64,000 nucleotides of DNA from an uncultured Veillonellaceae bacterium (GTDB lineage Bacteria > Bacillota > Negativicutes > JARBTT01), in NCBI GenBank assembly GCA_963805085.1, contig CAWDTA010000004.1, forward strand, positions 410,233-474,232, given 5' to 3'. This document shows, in pieces, positions 51,219 to 61,500 of this stretch. Within the stretch, counting starts at the first letter, position 1. Every line of letters starts with the position of its first letter. The position numbers and the translations under genes were made by a program. A model generated the notes under the pieces. The model saw only the letters and a program-made list of their open reading frames with translations. It had not been told where the DNA came from and ran no database searches.

Positions 51219-52343
51219 TTATTTTTGAAAAGTTAAATCAATTGTACTGTTTGTTATCTTCGTTATATTGGCTGGACATGCTAAGTCTTCCGTTAAATAC
51301 GATGCCAGTGCTTGATTGTCACCATTAAAACTAATATCTATGACTGCTGTATTATTTGCGTAACTCCTAATGTAAATGTCTTGCACTCCATCTATATTGT
51401 TCAAGTAATCCTTTAATAACGAAAGATTGGTTTGATCCTTTATATCATGAACATAAACCGTATAATTTTTCAAAGCTGTTGCTGCATAATTTACCAACCG
51501 ATTTGCGATATCATACCCTGCTTTTTCCCCTGTTTTATATTTCGCATTCTCTGCAGCTGTTTTTTGCGTGATATCTATTCCGCTGTCTTCATATTGCCCC
51601 AACTGAATTGTTTCTCCGGTATCACACTTTGTCGTATTGATATTTAGCGTAGCACCATTCGATTTAATTGGTACTTGTGTATCAAATTTAATTTCAATAT
51701 CATTTGAGCTTATACTTCCCGTTACAATATAATCCAATTGTTCCTGTGCGCCAAGTAAGGCAATTGTATTAATATCTCCTTTATCCACAGCTGCTTGGAA
51801 ACGTTCTTTTTTAATTTGCGCCAACTGATTCATATTGATTACGTGAGAAAAACCTGATTTATTTAAACTTGATGCAATCGCATTTTCTGCAGATGCATCA
51901 GAAGTTTGATTGTTATTATTATGATTTAAAATAACAATGCCAATTCGCGGATCACCAATCCCCGTATGAATTGTTCTTACTTTATCCAAGCTTGTCATCA
52001 ATTTGGAGTTTGGTTCCATATCGATAATAACTTTCGTCTTAACCGTATACTTTCCATCATTTTCACTCTCTTTTAATATCTCATAACTTCTGATATAGCC
52101 ATCTGTATGAGAATAAATTTGATCGCGAATTAATGTATTATTTCTGACATAGGTGCTCGTATTGATTGCTATCCCAACAACTTTTTCTAATGCAATGCGA
52201 AATGAATCTTGTATTGCTGCTTTTCTATTTGGGCCAGTTCCCTCCGCAATATATTCTAAAGCATAAACATTCGAGGTCATTGTTAATAAGTAACTCATAC
52301 ATAACAGAACTGTAACTTTTTTGATGGTTGTCCTTATTTTCAA
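51219..52343 (-). CDS. Secreted protein with FlgT N-terminal-like domain
   Basis: Signal peptide; AEGTG..AAIQDSFRIALEKVVG.I.T.V.N..I.D.I..GYI.SYEIL pattern. Confidence 0.65.
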   Translation of the reverse strand: MKIRTTIKKVTVLLCMSYLLTMTSNVYALEYIAEGTGPNRKAAIQDSFRIALEKVVGIAINTSTYVRNNTLIRDQIYSHTDGYIRSYEILKESENDGKYTVKTKVIIDMEPNSKLMTSLDKVRTIHTGIGDPRIGIVILNHNNNNQTSDASAENAIASSLNKSGFSHVINMNQLAQIKKERFQAAVDKGDINTIALLGAQEQLDYIVTGSISSNDIEIKFDTQVPIKSNGATLNINTTKCDTGETIQLGQYEDSGIDITQKTAAENAKYKTGEKAGYDIANRLVNYAATALKNYTVYVHDIKDQTNLSLLKDYLNNIDGVQDIYIRSYANNTAVIDISFNGDNQALASYLTEDLACPANITKITNSTIDLTFQK

Positions 52344-52388
52344 TTTTCCACCAACCTTTTAGTCTCATTAAAATATACTGAAACTAGC

Positions 52389-53267
52389 TTATTGCCTGAT
52401 CGCCGTATCCCCAATTCTTATATCGTATACATCGCCGCTTCTAACGGTTCCTGATGCCATTTTATGCTCTACACTTCCAATGGTAATTTGGCAAATTGGT
52501 TTGCTCTGAACCCCTAAGACTTCACCTGTAATTGGATGTCGAATTGATTTACCTTCCTGATACACAACAAAAATTTGACCAGGTTCAACTTTCTTATTTT
52601 CCCCAACATCAAGATATATCATGTTCCCATCTATTCCTGCTATATGAGCCGAAATAGATGGTATATTCAACTTTTCATCTAAAGTACTACAAATTTTTTC
52701 GACTGTGCTCTGCGCAGCATTTGTATATGCAGTGGAGCTTATTGTCCATACTTTCTTCCCATTTTTATCTTTACCAATTGTATGACTGACGCTCCCCGTT
52801 ACCGTATCTGCAAAAACAACAGCCCCCGAGGTTGTATCAACGACTTTCCAAAATACCATTACATTCACGGCTGGGGCACTTCGTGATTTAGTATCTGGAG
52901 TTGTAATACGAGCATCCAAAATTGTTCCTGTTACAAGATAATTAATCCCAACAATGCGTCCCATTTGAACCGCACTATCCTTAGAAATAATTCCCGTACG
53001 ACCTAATCCCTGCTCATTTAGAACTTCACCTAAATTAACGCGGTCAATAACATTAAACTTTTCATTCTTAGATAATTCAGACATAAGAGAATCTGTTACA
53101 ACTTGTTCAAGCCCACGCCGTGTAGAAACATTTTTAAATGTAAGAATTCCAATAGATTTTTGCTGCGCCGCATACGCTATCTCTGTAAAAGAAAAAATAA
53201 AACACATGAAAAACAGCAACATCATAGCACAGGAAAGAATGCGTTTTTGTTTTATCATTGCCATCAT
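52389..53267 (-). CDS. CsgG/HfaB-family protein with FlgT C-terminal-like domain
   Basis: FNVIDR.NL..VLNEQ..G.I....A...G...G..YLVTG; IYLDVG..GQIFVVY..HPITGEVLG. Confidence 0.8.
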   Translation of the reverse strand: MMAMIKQKRILSCAMMLLFFMCFIFSFTEIAYAAQQKSIGILTFKNVSTRRGLEQVVTDSLMSELSKNEKFNVIDRVNLGEVLNEQGLGRTGIISKDSAVQMGRIVGINYLVTGTILDARITTPDTKSRSAPAVNVMVFWKVVDTTSGAVVFADTVTGSVSHTIGKDKNGKKVWTISSTAYTNAAQSTVEKICSTLDEKLNIPSISAHIAGIDGNMIYLDVGENKKVEPGQIFVVYQEGKSIRHPITGEVLGVQSKPICQITIGSVEHKMASGTVRSGDVYDIRIGDTAIRQ

Positions 53268-54069
53268 TTTTTATTGCCCTTCTTTATTTTTTTATTGTAG
53301 GATATATCCCCAAAAACTTAAATATGTAGATAAACAATTCATTTTTTCACAATGATAGTCGTACTCAGTTTCTGATTAAAATTCTCTTATTCAAGCTAAT
53401 TTTTTTATAATATAATCAACTTTTAAAAAGCCATCTAAGCAATAAATCCAAGTATGTTATAAAAATATATATTAAAATTATTTAATTCAACTTCACACAA
53501 AGTAATTTTAATAAAACATTGCTTATTTGTCAACTTTTAGCTATCTTCTTTGCACCGTATAAATTATTTTGAAATTTCAATTGTCGCAATAAAATGTAAT
53601 CTTGTATTTTTATCAAATGGAATGATTAAAGAAAAAAGGATTTCCGATGCCACGCTGGCTCGAAAATCCTTTTTCCGCTTTGTATTTCCTATACACGTCA
53701 TTATAGTTCAAGTACTATAAAATCTTAATCATTCACAAAAGATAAATATCTTTGCTCTCCTATGATCCTTCATCAAAAGCAAATCTTTTCTCTTGGTTTT
53801 ATAAAAGCATTCAATAAAAATTGCAATATACTTATAAATTGTGTATTAAAATTATTTAATTCAACATTCGTACTAAAATGATTTTAATATATTATTCCCT
53901 ATTTGTCAACTTCTAGCTATTTTCTACTATAAATCGCTAATTTTGATGATTTTTGCGCTTTGCGAAGATAGCAGCTGATTTTATCACCCGATATACACCT
54001 TAATAAGAAATAAAATTTATCCTAAAATAATAGACTATTGCATTTTTAGTTTTATGTAATATCAAAAAT

Positions 54070-54370
54070 TAAATGACCCGTAGAAGACTACTCTCCTACG
54101 GGTCATCCCGACACTTCCTTTTTAACTTGGTTAATTTTTGATTAAGCTTTCTCTTACGATCATCACCTAAACTCTTTGAAAGGAACAACCTCCCACCTAT
54201 CCAAGTTATGACGCTATCTATGCCGGTTTTTATGAACCTACCTGTCACTAGCGCTTTAGCTACATCAACTAATAAGGTGTGACTTTGGTAGCCCTTTTAG
54301 AGAAACCATCCGAATCTCCCCTATGGACCTTGATACCTGACCGGTATCTTCCGAACAGCCCCTTTTATTG
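54070..54370 (-). ncRNA. Putative stand-alone structured ncRNA (~300 nt)
   Basis: GC-richer island between a SigA promoter and a strong terminator; hairpins GATACC/GGTATC, GTCAC/GTGAC, TAGC/GCTA; no ORF of 60 aa or more. Confidence 0.7.
54073..54106 (-). terminator. Intrinsic terminator of the putative ncRNA
   Basis: ATGACCCGTAGGAGA-GTAG-TCTTCTACGGGTCAT followed by TTAATTTTT. Confidence 0.8.
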
Positions 54371-54375
54371 ATTTA

Positions 54376-54421
54376 AATATACCATAAACCTATTGATTAT
54401 TCAATACATTTTCAGAAAATT
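54376..54421 (-). promoter_or_regulatory. SigA promoter with adjacent CodY box
   Basis: TTGAAT-17-TATATT with TG extension; AATTTTCTGAAAATG (14/15 to AATTTTCWGAAAATT) at 54407-54421. Confidence 0.8.
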
Positions 54422-54505
54422 TTATATTTTCTATTATTATTTATATTAACATAATAAGCTTCATGCTAACGCTTATGAAAAGTGGTACAGCCAAAGTATG
54501 ATACG

Positions 54506-54733
54506 CTAGCTATCAAGTACTCGGTATGGACTTAGTTGTTCTAAATCCTTGAGGATATCCGCCCTGCCAAATTGATTCAAACAGTCCTTGATAGATTCCG
54601 GTGATTTCCCCATATTAACCAAAGTACCTTTTTTGTCTTTTAACAGATAAATATTAGAAAATTTTACAACGCTTTGATTTTCATCATTACTCAGCCATAA
54701 AATTTCTCCTGAATCTGCATTTACTTTGTTCAA
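54506..54733 (-). CDS. Small hypothetical protein
   Basis: AAGGGGG RBS before TTG; SigH-like CAGGAAAT...GCGAAT upstream. Confidence 0.6.
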   Translation of the reverse strand: MNKVNADSGEILWLSNDENQSVVKFSNIYLLKDKKGTLVNMGKSPESIKDCLNQFGRADILKDLEQLSPYRVLDS

Positions 54734-54972
54734 AATAAAGCAACCCCCTTATTCTATTTTAATATCTATTATAATTCGCTAAAAATAAACAATTTCCTGT
54801 AATTCATAAAATATCACCATAAATATTTCCAAGTTTTTTAGCAAGAAAATTTATGATAAAAATTCAACTTGGTTTTATCTTACCGTCACACAACTCTTCA
54901 TCATATGAATGAATTGTTTGTCCATTTATCTAGCAAAACCTCATGATAATCATAAAAAAATTTAGATTCATT

Positions 54973-55971
54973 CTATTTTCCACGACAAATCTCATCAATG
55001 CGCTGTAATTGTACTTCACTAAATTCTGTATGACCGATAATTTTTAAATTATCCAGAATTTGCTCTGGTTTCGAAGCACCAATAAGCACGCTCGTTACAA
55101 TATCATCTTTAAGTACCCAGCTCAAGGCCATCTGCGCCAAGCTCTGTCCACGTTCCAGTGCAATTTCATTGAGTAGCGTAATCTTTTTCATCATTTCAGG
55201 AGTAAGTTGGGCTTCTTTCAGAAAACGTCCATCTTTATGAATACGGCTATCCGTTGGGACGCCATCTAGATATCGGTTCGTCAACAAACCTTGTGCCAAT
55301 GGACTAAATGCGATAATGCCACAGCCATTACTTTCAGCAAATTCTTTTAAGCCATTCGTTTCAATGCTTCTATCAAATATAGAATAGCGGCTTTGATTGA
55401 GCACAAATGGACACTTTAGTTCCTGTAAAATTTCGATTGCTTTTTGGGTATGGACACCATCATAGTTAGAAATTCCCGCATATAGTGCCTTCCCACTCTT
55501 TACAGCCGTATCTAATGCCATCATACTTTCTTCAAGTGGCGTTTGGGGATCCATACGATGATGGTAAAAAATATCTACATAATCTAAACCCAATCGCTTT
55601 AAACTCTGATCAAGACTTGCCAAAAGATACTTTCGACTGCCCCAGTCACCATAAGGGCCATCCCACATCGTATAACCCGCCTTCGTACTAATGATGAGTT
55701 CATCACGATAAGCTGACATTTCCTGTTTTAAAATCTTACCTAAATTGATCTCTGCGCTGCCTGGCTCGGGGCCATAATTATTTGCCAAATCAAAATGTGT
55801 AATCCCATGATCAAAAGCGGTAAAGCACATCGCCTTCATATTCTCCACATTATCCTTCGTACCAAAGTTATGCCAAAACCCCAAAGAAACAAGCGGCAAT
55901 TTCAGACCACTCTTACCACACCGGACATACTTCATTTCTTGATATCTAGCTTGATTGGCAATATAATGCAT
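54973..55971 (-). CDS. Aldo/keto reductase, L-glyceraldehyde-3-phosphate reductase (YghZ/Gpr) type
   Basis: SLGFWHNFG, HFDLANNYG, STKAGYTMW, YVDIFYHHR, FSPLAQGLL. Confidence 0.92.
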   Translation of the reverse strand: MHYIANQARYQEMKYVRCGKSGLKLPLVSLGFWHNFGTKDNVENMKAMCFTAFDHGITHFDLANNYGPEPGSAEINLGKILKQEMSAYRDELIISTKAGYTMWDGPYGDWGSRKYLLASLDQSLKRLGLDYVDIFYHHRMDPQTPLEESMMALDTAVKSGKALYAGISNYDGVHTQKAIEILQELKCPFVLNQSRYSIFDRSIETNGLKEFAESNGCGIIAFSPLAQGLLTNRYLDGVPTDSRIHKDGRFLKEAQLTPEMMKKITLLNEIALERGQSLAQMALSWVLKDDIVTSVLIGASKPEQILDNLKIIGHTEFSEVQLQRIDEICRGK

Positions 55972-56194
55972 GAAAAACGCCTCCTACTAATTTTATCTTA
56001 TTTATTATAACATAATTTACAAATATCACCTTACTCATTATTCATCCCGCTAGCATTATTACTCCATTGTAAATAAGCGTATACAATAAACATAGCACTT
56101 ATAAACTTACTGCAATTCAAGTTGCTCCATAAAGTTAGCTGGATAACCCCATAAAATTCTTGACAAAATATAGAGATTATGACATTATTATTTC

Positions 56195-56210
56195 AAACAA
56201 TCGTTTGTTT
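56195..56210. promoter_or_regulatory. TetR operator (copy 1)
   Basis: AAACAATCGTTTGTTT dyad just downstream of TTGACA-17-CATTAT; identical copy at 56906-56921. Confidence 0.8.
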
Positions 56211-56246
56211 TATTTTTTATATAGACTTGCGCTAAAGGAGGTTATT

Positions 56247-56843
56247 ATGATAAAAACGACTACGCAGGAAAATTTAATTGAAATTGCGACACAACTATTT
56301 GCGACGAAAGGATTCGCTGCAGTATCTGTTCGCGAACTAACCGATGCCGCACACATCAATGTATCCGCCATTTCTTATCATTTTAACGGCAAGGAAGGCT
56401 TATACCAAGCGGTATTGAAAGAACAACTTTCTCCTATACTAACGGCTTTGCAGCTTGTCAAAAGCAAAGATTCTCTATCTCCAATTGAACGGCTAACATT
56501 TTATGCTGATCAAATTGCTCATATCCATAATCAAAGACCTTTTTTAGCTCGGTTTATGAACAGTGAATCAATTACGCCTACGCCTTTTGGTGGTCCTATT
56601 ATTGAAAATCATCTTTCCCAAGTGTATCAGTTTATTCAGGCTATGCTTCATGAAGGTATTGATCAGGGTGATTTTCAAGTGGATTTAAATGTCACTTATG
56701 CGACAATTTCTCTGGTTGGAAGTCTAAATTTTTATTTTATAGTTAAACCGCTAATTCAAAAATTCACTTCACTAACCAATGACGATCATGCAAAATACAC
56801 TGCACATGCTTTTCGCATTTATCTGCACGGTATTTTAAAATAA
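56247..56843 (+). CDS. TetR/AcrR family regulator
   Basis: ATQLFATKGFAAVSVREL..ISYHFNGKEGLY; ATG 56247 behind AAGGAGG. Confidence 0.93.
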   Translation: MIKTTTQENLIEIATQLFATKGFAAVSVRELTDAAHINVSAISYHFNGKEGLYQAVLKEQLSPILTALQLVKSKDSLSPIERLTFYADQIAHIHNQRPFLARFMNSESITPTPFGGPIIENHLSQVYQFIQAMLHEGIDQGDFQVDLNVTYATISLVGSLNFYFIVKPLIQKFTSLTNDDHAKYTAHAFRIYLHGILK

Positions 56844-56905
56844 TAAATATTGAGTAGTATTTCGAAGATGATACTGCTCAATATTTATTATTTTTCTTTT
56901 TACTA

Positions 56906-56921
56906 AAACAATCGTTTGTTT
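56906..56921. promoter_or_regulatory. TetR operator (copy 2) upstream of the efflux genes
   Basis: AAACAATCGTTTGTTT. Confidence 0.8.
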
Positions 56922-56962
56922 TAATAAAAAGAAAAACTAATGTTTAACGAAAGGTTGATACT

Positions 56963-58021
56963 ATGAAAACTACTAAAAATTTTATTAAAATGGTCATCAT
57001 ATTTTTACTTATACTCACAGGTGGTAGTACCTATTATTATTTTCACCACAGTGAAGTATCGACAGATAACGCTGCCATTGATGGGCGCACAGTAGTCATC
57101 AGTCCAAAGGTACAAGGCTATGTAAAAAACTTATATATCCAAGATAATCAAGAAGTTAAAGCTGGCGATGTTCTATTGGAAATTGATCCAACCGATTACA
57201 CAATCCGTCGCGACCAAGCCAAAGCTGCACTCGCTGCTGCTCAGGCTGCGGCAAATGCCTCACAAAACAATTTAGAAACAACATCAATTTCTGCTCCTGC
57301 TAATATTGATGCGGCACAAGCGCAGGTGTCTTCTGCTGAAGCTACTTGGGAAAAATCTTTTGCCGATAAACAACGTATGGAAAGCTTGTTCAGCGCGGGT
57401 GCCTGCTCACAACAACAACTTGATCAAGCCATTGCTACGGAAAAATCTTCTCATTCTGCACTTGAACAAATGCGTGCCACACTTCATTCGGCCAATACAG
57501 CCCCAAGCGTAGTGGCGGCAGCCAAAAATACAAGTGAACAATTACAAGCACAGGTCAAACAAGCTGAAGTAGCTCTTGCTCAAACCGAAAATGACCTTGC
57601 CAATACAAAAATTATTGCTCCCATAGATGGATACATCACCAAACGCAGTGTAGAAGTTGGCAATTATGTGCAAGCTGCTCAACAATTAGGCTCATTAGTC
57701 GGCACTGATTTATGGGTCATTGCTAATTTTAAAGAAACGCAATTAGAACATATGCGCCCAGGTCAAACTGTTGATATTAAAGTTGATGCCTTTCCTAATA
57801 TAATCTTGCACGGTAAAGTAGATAGCCAACAATCCGGTACTGGTGCACATTTTTCACTTTTTCCAGCCGAAAATGCAACAGGTAATTTTGTCAAAACTGT
57901 ACAGCGCGTTCCAGTAAAAATTGTATTTGACGGCTCATTAGACAAAACACTTCATTTAGGACCTGGTATGTCAGTAGTGCCAACTGTCTACACAGATGGA
58001 AGAGACGCAAAAAATGAGTAG
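56963..58021 (+). CDS. EmrA-like membrane fusion protein (HlyD family)
   Basis: STDNA, ANFKETQL, PAENATGNFVKTVQRVPVKI. Confidence 0.92.
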   Translation: MKTTKNFIKMVIIFLLILTGGSTYYYFHHSEVSTDNAAIDGRTVVISPKVQGYVKNLYIQDNQEVKAGDVLLEIDPTDYTIRRDQAKAALAAAQAAANASQNNLETTSISAPANIDAAQAQVSSAEATWEKSFADKQRMESLFSAGACSQQQLDQAIATEKSSHSALEQMRATLHSANTAPSVVAAAKNTSEQLQAQVKQAEVALAQTENDLANTKIIAPIDGYITKRSVEVGNYVQAAQQLGSLVGTDLWVIANFKETQLEHMRPGQTVDIKVDAFPNIILHGKVDSQQSGTGAHFSLFPAENATGNFVKTVQRVPVKIVFDGSLDKTLHLGPGMSVVPTVYTDGRDAKNE

Positions 58022-59603
58022 CGCTGTATTAAAAGCCAGTCCACTCTTTATATCGATTGCTGTTAGTCTTGCCGCCTTTATGGAAGTACTAGATACAACA
58101 ATTGCTAACGTTGCTCTAAGTAACATTGCTGGCTCACTTGGTGCCACTTCTGAGGAAAGCACTTGGGTACTGACCTCCTACCTGGTTTCTAATGGTATTG
58201 TACTGCCATTGTCCGGCTGGTTTTCCAGCCTTATAGGTCGTAAAAATTTTTTTATACTTTGCATTCTCGGTTTTACCTTAACTTCATTTCTCTGTGGCAT
58301 TTCGACTTCTCTACCCATGCTCATCATATTTCGATTATTACAAGGATTAGCTGGCGGCGGTTTACAGCCAACGCAGCAAGCGATCATCAAAGATAGCTTT
58401 CCTCCTGAAAAATTAGGTATGGCTTTTGCTATTACTGGCATAACGACTGTATTAGCCCCTATACTTGGGCCGGTACTTGGAGGCTATATCACAGATAACT
58501 TCAATTGGCGATGGATTTTTTTCATGAATGTGCCTGTTGGCATACTTGCAGCCTTTTTAGTCAAAACCCTAGTCCAAGATTCGCTCGAATCGCAAAAACA
58601 AAAAACAACCTCTATCGATTATATCGGCCTTAGTCTAATTACTTTGGGACTTGGCGCATTACAGATTGTTCTAGATAAAGGACAGCAAGAAGATTGGTTT
58701 GACAGCTTTTTTATTATAGGATTTTCCTGTATTGCTGCTGTCGGTCTTATCTTAGCAATTTTTTGGTTATTAAAACAAAAAAATCCGATTGTTGAACTAA
58801 AACTTTTTGCAATTCCAAGCTTTAGCATGTCCTGCTTGATGATTTTCTTTGTCGGCTTTGCTTTATATGCAAGCGCTGCACTACTGCCAATGCTCGTACA
58901 AACAAATTTTGGCTATGATGCTACATTGTCTGGATTTGTCCTCTCACCAAGCGGAGTCACCACCATCTTGTTAATGCCTGTAGTCGGAAAGCTTGTAACT
59001 AGAGTGCAAGCCCGCTATCTGATTGCATTCGGCATGTTCCTAAACGCCATTGGCATGTTAGTAACTGGATTTATAACACCGCAAACTGACTATATCACCC
59101 TTGTCTTTATGCGCATCCTGCAGACAATTGGCTTACCATTTTTATTTGTCTCTGCCGGTACACTTGCTTTCTCAAAAATTTCATCAGAACATAGCAGCAA
59201 TGCTTCGGCAATTTTTTCTCTAATGCGAAATCTCGGTGGTAGCATTGGTATATCTCTTGCCACAAGCCTGCTAGCACATAACCAGCAAATACAGCAAGCA
59301 AATTTAGTTCAACATTTAACAACTGCCGATCCCGGATATCAAAGTACACTTTCATCCTATACACAAACAATTATGAATTTAGGCATTCCCGCTGCTAAAG
59401 CTGCCAGTTTAGCATTAGCGCAAATCTCTAAAGAACTCGCCCATCAAGCCAGCATCTTAGCTTATCGAGATGTTTACAACTTTTTTGCTATCACTTTAAT
59501 TATTTTAGCAATTATTGCTTTATTTATGCCAGGCAACAAATTGCAGAAAAAGGATTCTCCCCTAGAATCTAAGCAAGAAACTTTATCTGTACCTTCTAAC
59601 TAA
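58014..59603 (+). CDS. EmrB-like DHA2 MFS efflux permease
   Basis: FMEVLDTTIANVAL, WVLTSYL, WRWIFFMNVP, LDKGQQEDWF, RNLGGSIG. Confidence 0.93.
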   Translation: MSSAVLKASPLFISIAVSLAAFMEVLDTTIANVALSNIAGSLGATSEESTWVLTSYLVSNGIVLPLSGWFSSLIGRKNFFILCILGFTLTSFLCGISTSLPMLIIFRLLQGLAGGGLQPTQQAIIKDSFPPEKLGMAFAITGITTVLAPILGPVLGGYITDNFNWRWIFFMNVPVGILAAFLVKTLVQDSLESQKQKTTSIDYIGLSLITLGLGALQIVLDKGQQEDWFDSFFIIGFSCIAAVGLILAIFWLLKQKNPIVELKLFAIPSFSMSCLMIFFVGFALYASAALLPMLVQTNFGYDATLSGFVLSPSGVTTILLMPVVGKLVTRVQARYLIAFGMFLNAIGMLVTGFITPQTDYITLVFMRILQTIGLPFLFVSAGTLAFSKISSEHSSNASAIFSLMRNLGGSIGISLATSLLAHNQQIQQANLVQHLTTADPGYQSTLSSYTQTIMNLGIPAAKAASLALAQISKELAHQASILAYRDVYNFFAITLIILAIIALFMPGNKLQKKDSPLESKQETLSVPSN

Positions 59604-59745
59604 AAATCTTATTTTTCTCCACAAAAATAGCCGTCTAAAAGTTATTTTTTAGACGGCCTGAGTCACAATGGAACTTTTCTCGCGATGATGTTTAATAAAT
59701 CATCTTATATTTTATTGAACATCATCGCCATCTTCAATTACAAGA

Positions 59746-61122
59746 TCATTGTCTGTTTTTTTTAGCTACTTGACGCTTATGAATGCAAAAAAAATAATAG
59801 CATATGGTAATGACAGCACAAAAAACTGCGCCAGCAATTAATCCGCCCTGCGTATCCTGATTAAACCACATTCCTACTAAAACAAGTGCTAAAAATATCA
59901 ATGTGATGTAGTTACTAATTGGAAACAACACTGATTTGAAAGGATGTGCATCCATTTCATTTTTCCATTTTTCCCTAAACTTAAGTTGGCTAATGCATAA
60001 TACAATCCACGGAGCCATCCCCGGAAGAATACTAGCACTGTAAATATAAATAAATAATTTGGAGTTTGGATAGATATAGTTGAAAAATACACCTACAAGT
60101 AGACAACCAATTGTTACTTTAATACTATTGCTAGGAATGCCTCTTGAGGAAACTTTTCCTAAGAATCTAGGAGCCTGCCCATTTTGAGCTAATGTATAAA
60201 GCATTCTGCCGGCACTGTATATACCGCTATTGCAGCCAGACATTGCAGCAGTAAGAACGACAAAATTGATAATACCAGCTGCCGAAACAATCCCTACTTT
60301 AGCGAATGTCATAACAAAGGGGCTACCGATTGTACCAATTTGATTCCAAGGGTAAATCGCTAAAATCACAAATATAGCACCAACATAGAAAATCAAAATA
60401 CGCCAGATAATATTTTTTATTGCCTTACGTAAAGTATTTCTAGGATCTTCCGCTTCACCAGCAGTAATCCCTACAAGTTCAACTCCTTGATAAGATGCGG
60501 TTACAAGACACAATGCAAAGATAAACCCTTCCCAACCGCCCGTAAAAAAGCCGCCATTATTAAAAAGATTACCAATCCCCATTGCTTGTCCTTCATTACC
60601 AAAGCCAAAAAAGATTACGCCAGCACCGACGACCAACATTGCCACAATCGTAGCTACTTTGATCAGTGCAAACCAAAATTCAAATTCTCCATAGTATTTA
60701 ACGGAAACTAAATTGGCTGCAGCAACAATTGCCACTCCTATTAAAGCAGGTATCCATTGCGCCAGATCAGGAAACCAATAATTGATGTAAATACCGATAG
60801 CTGTTACTTCCGACATCCCTACGGTAACCCACAAAAACCAATAACACCAAGCCGTCAAATAGCCGGCCCATGGACTAATATATTTATGTGCATATGTAGC
60901 AAAGGAGCCAGTAACTGGTTCCAGATAAAGCATCTCTCCCATAATGCGCATAACAAAAAACATAATAAGCCCAGCCAATCCATACGCAATCATTACAGAA
61001 GGTCCCGCCCATTTAATCGTACTCGCTGAACCCATAAATAGCCCAACACCAATCGTTCCACCTAAAGCAATCAATTCAATGTGCCGCGCTTTTAGGCCAC
61101 GGCTTAATTCTTTTTCTTCCAC
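59746..61122 (-). CDS. Amino acid permease (APC/AAT family)
   Basis: [47 protein letters not shown]. Confidence 0.93.
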   Translation of the reverse strand: MEEKELSRGLKARHIELIALGGTIGVGLFMGSASTIKWAGPSVMIAYGLAGLIMFFVMRIMGEMLYLEPVTGSFATYAHKYISPWAGYLTAWCYWFLWVTVGMSEVTAIGIYINYWFPDLAQWIPALIGVAIVAAANLVSVKYYGEFEFWFALIKVATIVAMLVVGAGVIFFGFGNEGQAMGIGNLFNNGGFFTGGWEGFIFALCLVTASYQGVELVGITAGEAEDPRNTLRKAIKNIIWRILIFYVGAIFVILAIYPWNQIGTIGSPFVMTFAKVGIVSAAGIINFVVLTAAMSGCNSGIYSAGRMLYTLAQNGQAPRFLGKVSSRGIPSNSIKVTIGCLLVGVFFNYIYPNSKLFIYIYSASILPGMAPWIVLCISQLKFREKWKNEMDAHPFKSVLFPISNYITLIFLALVLVGMWFNQDTQGGLIAGAVFCAVITICYYFFCIHKRQVAKKNRQ

Positions 61123-61500
61123 GAACATTACTCCTTTTTGAAAATCAACACTTAATTTTATTCCTTTTAACGCCACTTTTTATTATGGCTTTACGTAAAT
61201 AATAGAATCTTTTATACCTTTACAAGTATTTTGTATACTTGTAAAGACAAATCTCCTCAAAAATTATAACATCATTTTTGACGAACGCCAAATAAAACTC
61301 TTTATCATTTATTTTTATTTCTATCCCCTGTCTCAAAGCACGCTAATTTCGTATGCTTTATATTCTGCCCTTTCCTTTATTTTTTTAGAGCTTTTACTAT
61401 AAAGATATAAAACTATATCCTTCCATTTTTGTATACAATAGAATATTAAACAGCTATACTAAGGGTATACTACCAAAAATAGATTAGGGAGATTTAACAC

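Noticed and set aside
52389-53267. Curli biogenesis system
   Set aside because: No csgA/csgB/csgE/csgF-like genes or curlin repeats in the window
54070-54370. CsrB-like sponge, tRNA, 6S, SRP or a cis-riboswitch
   Set aside because: Eight GGA triplets but few in ANGGA hairpin loops; no housekeeping RNA hallmarks recognised; next downstream gene is about 800 nt away with its own promoters
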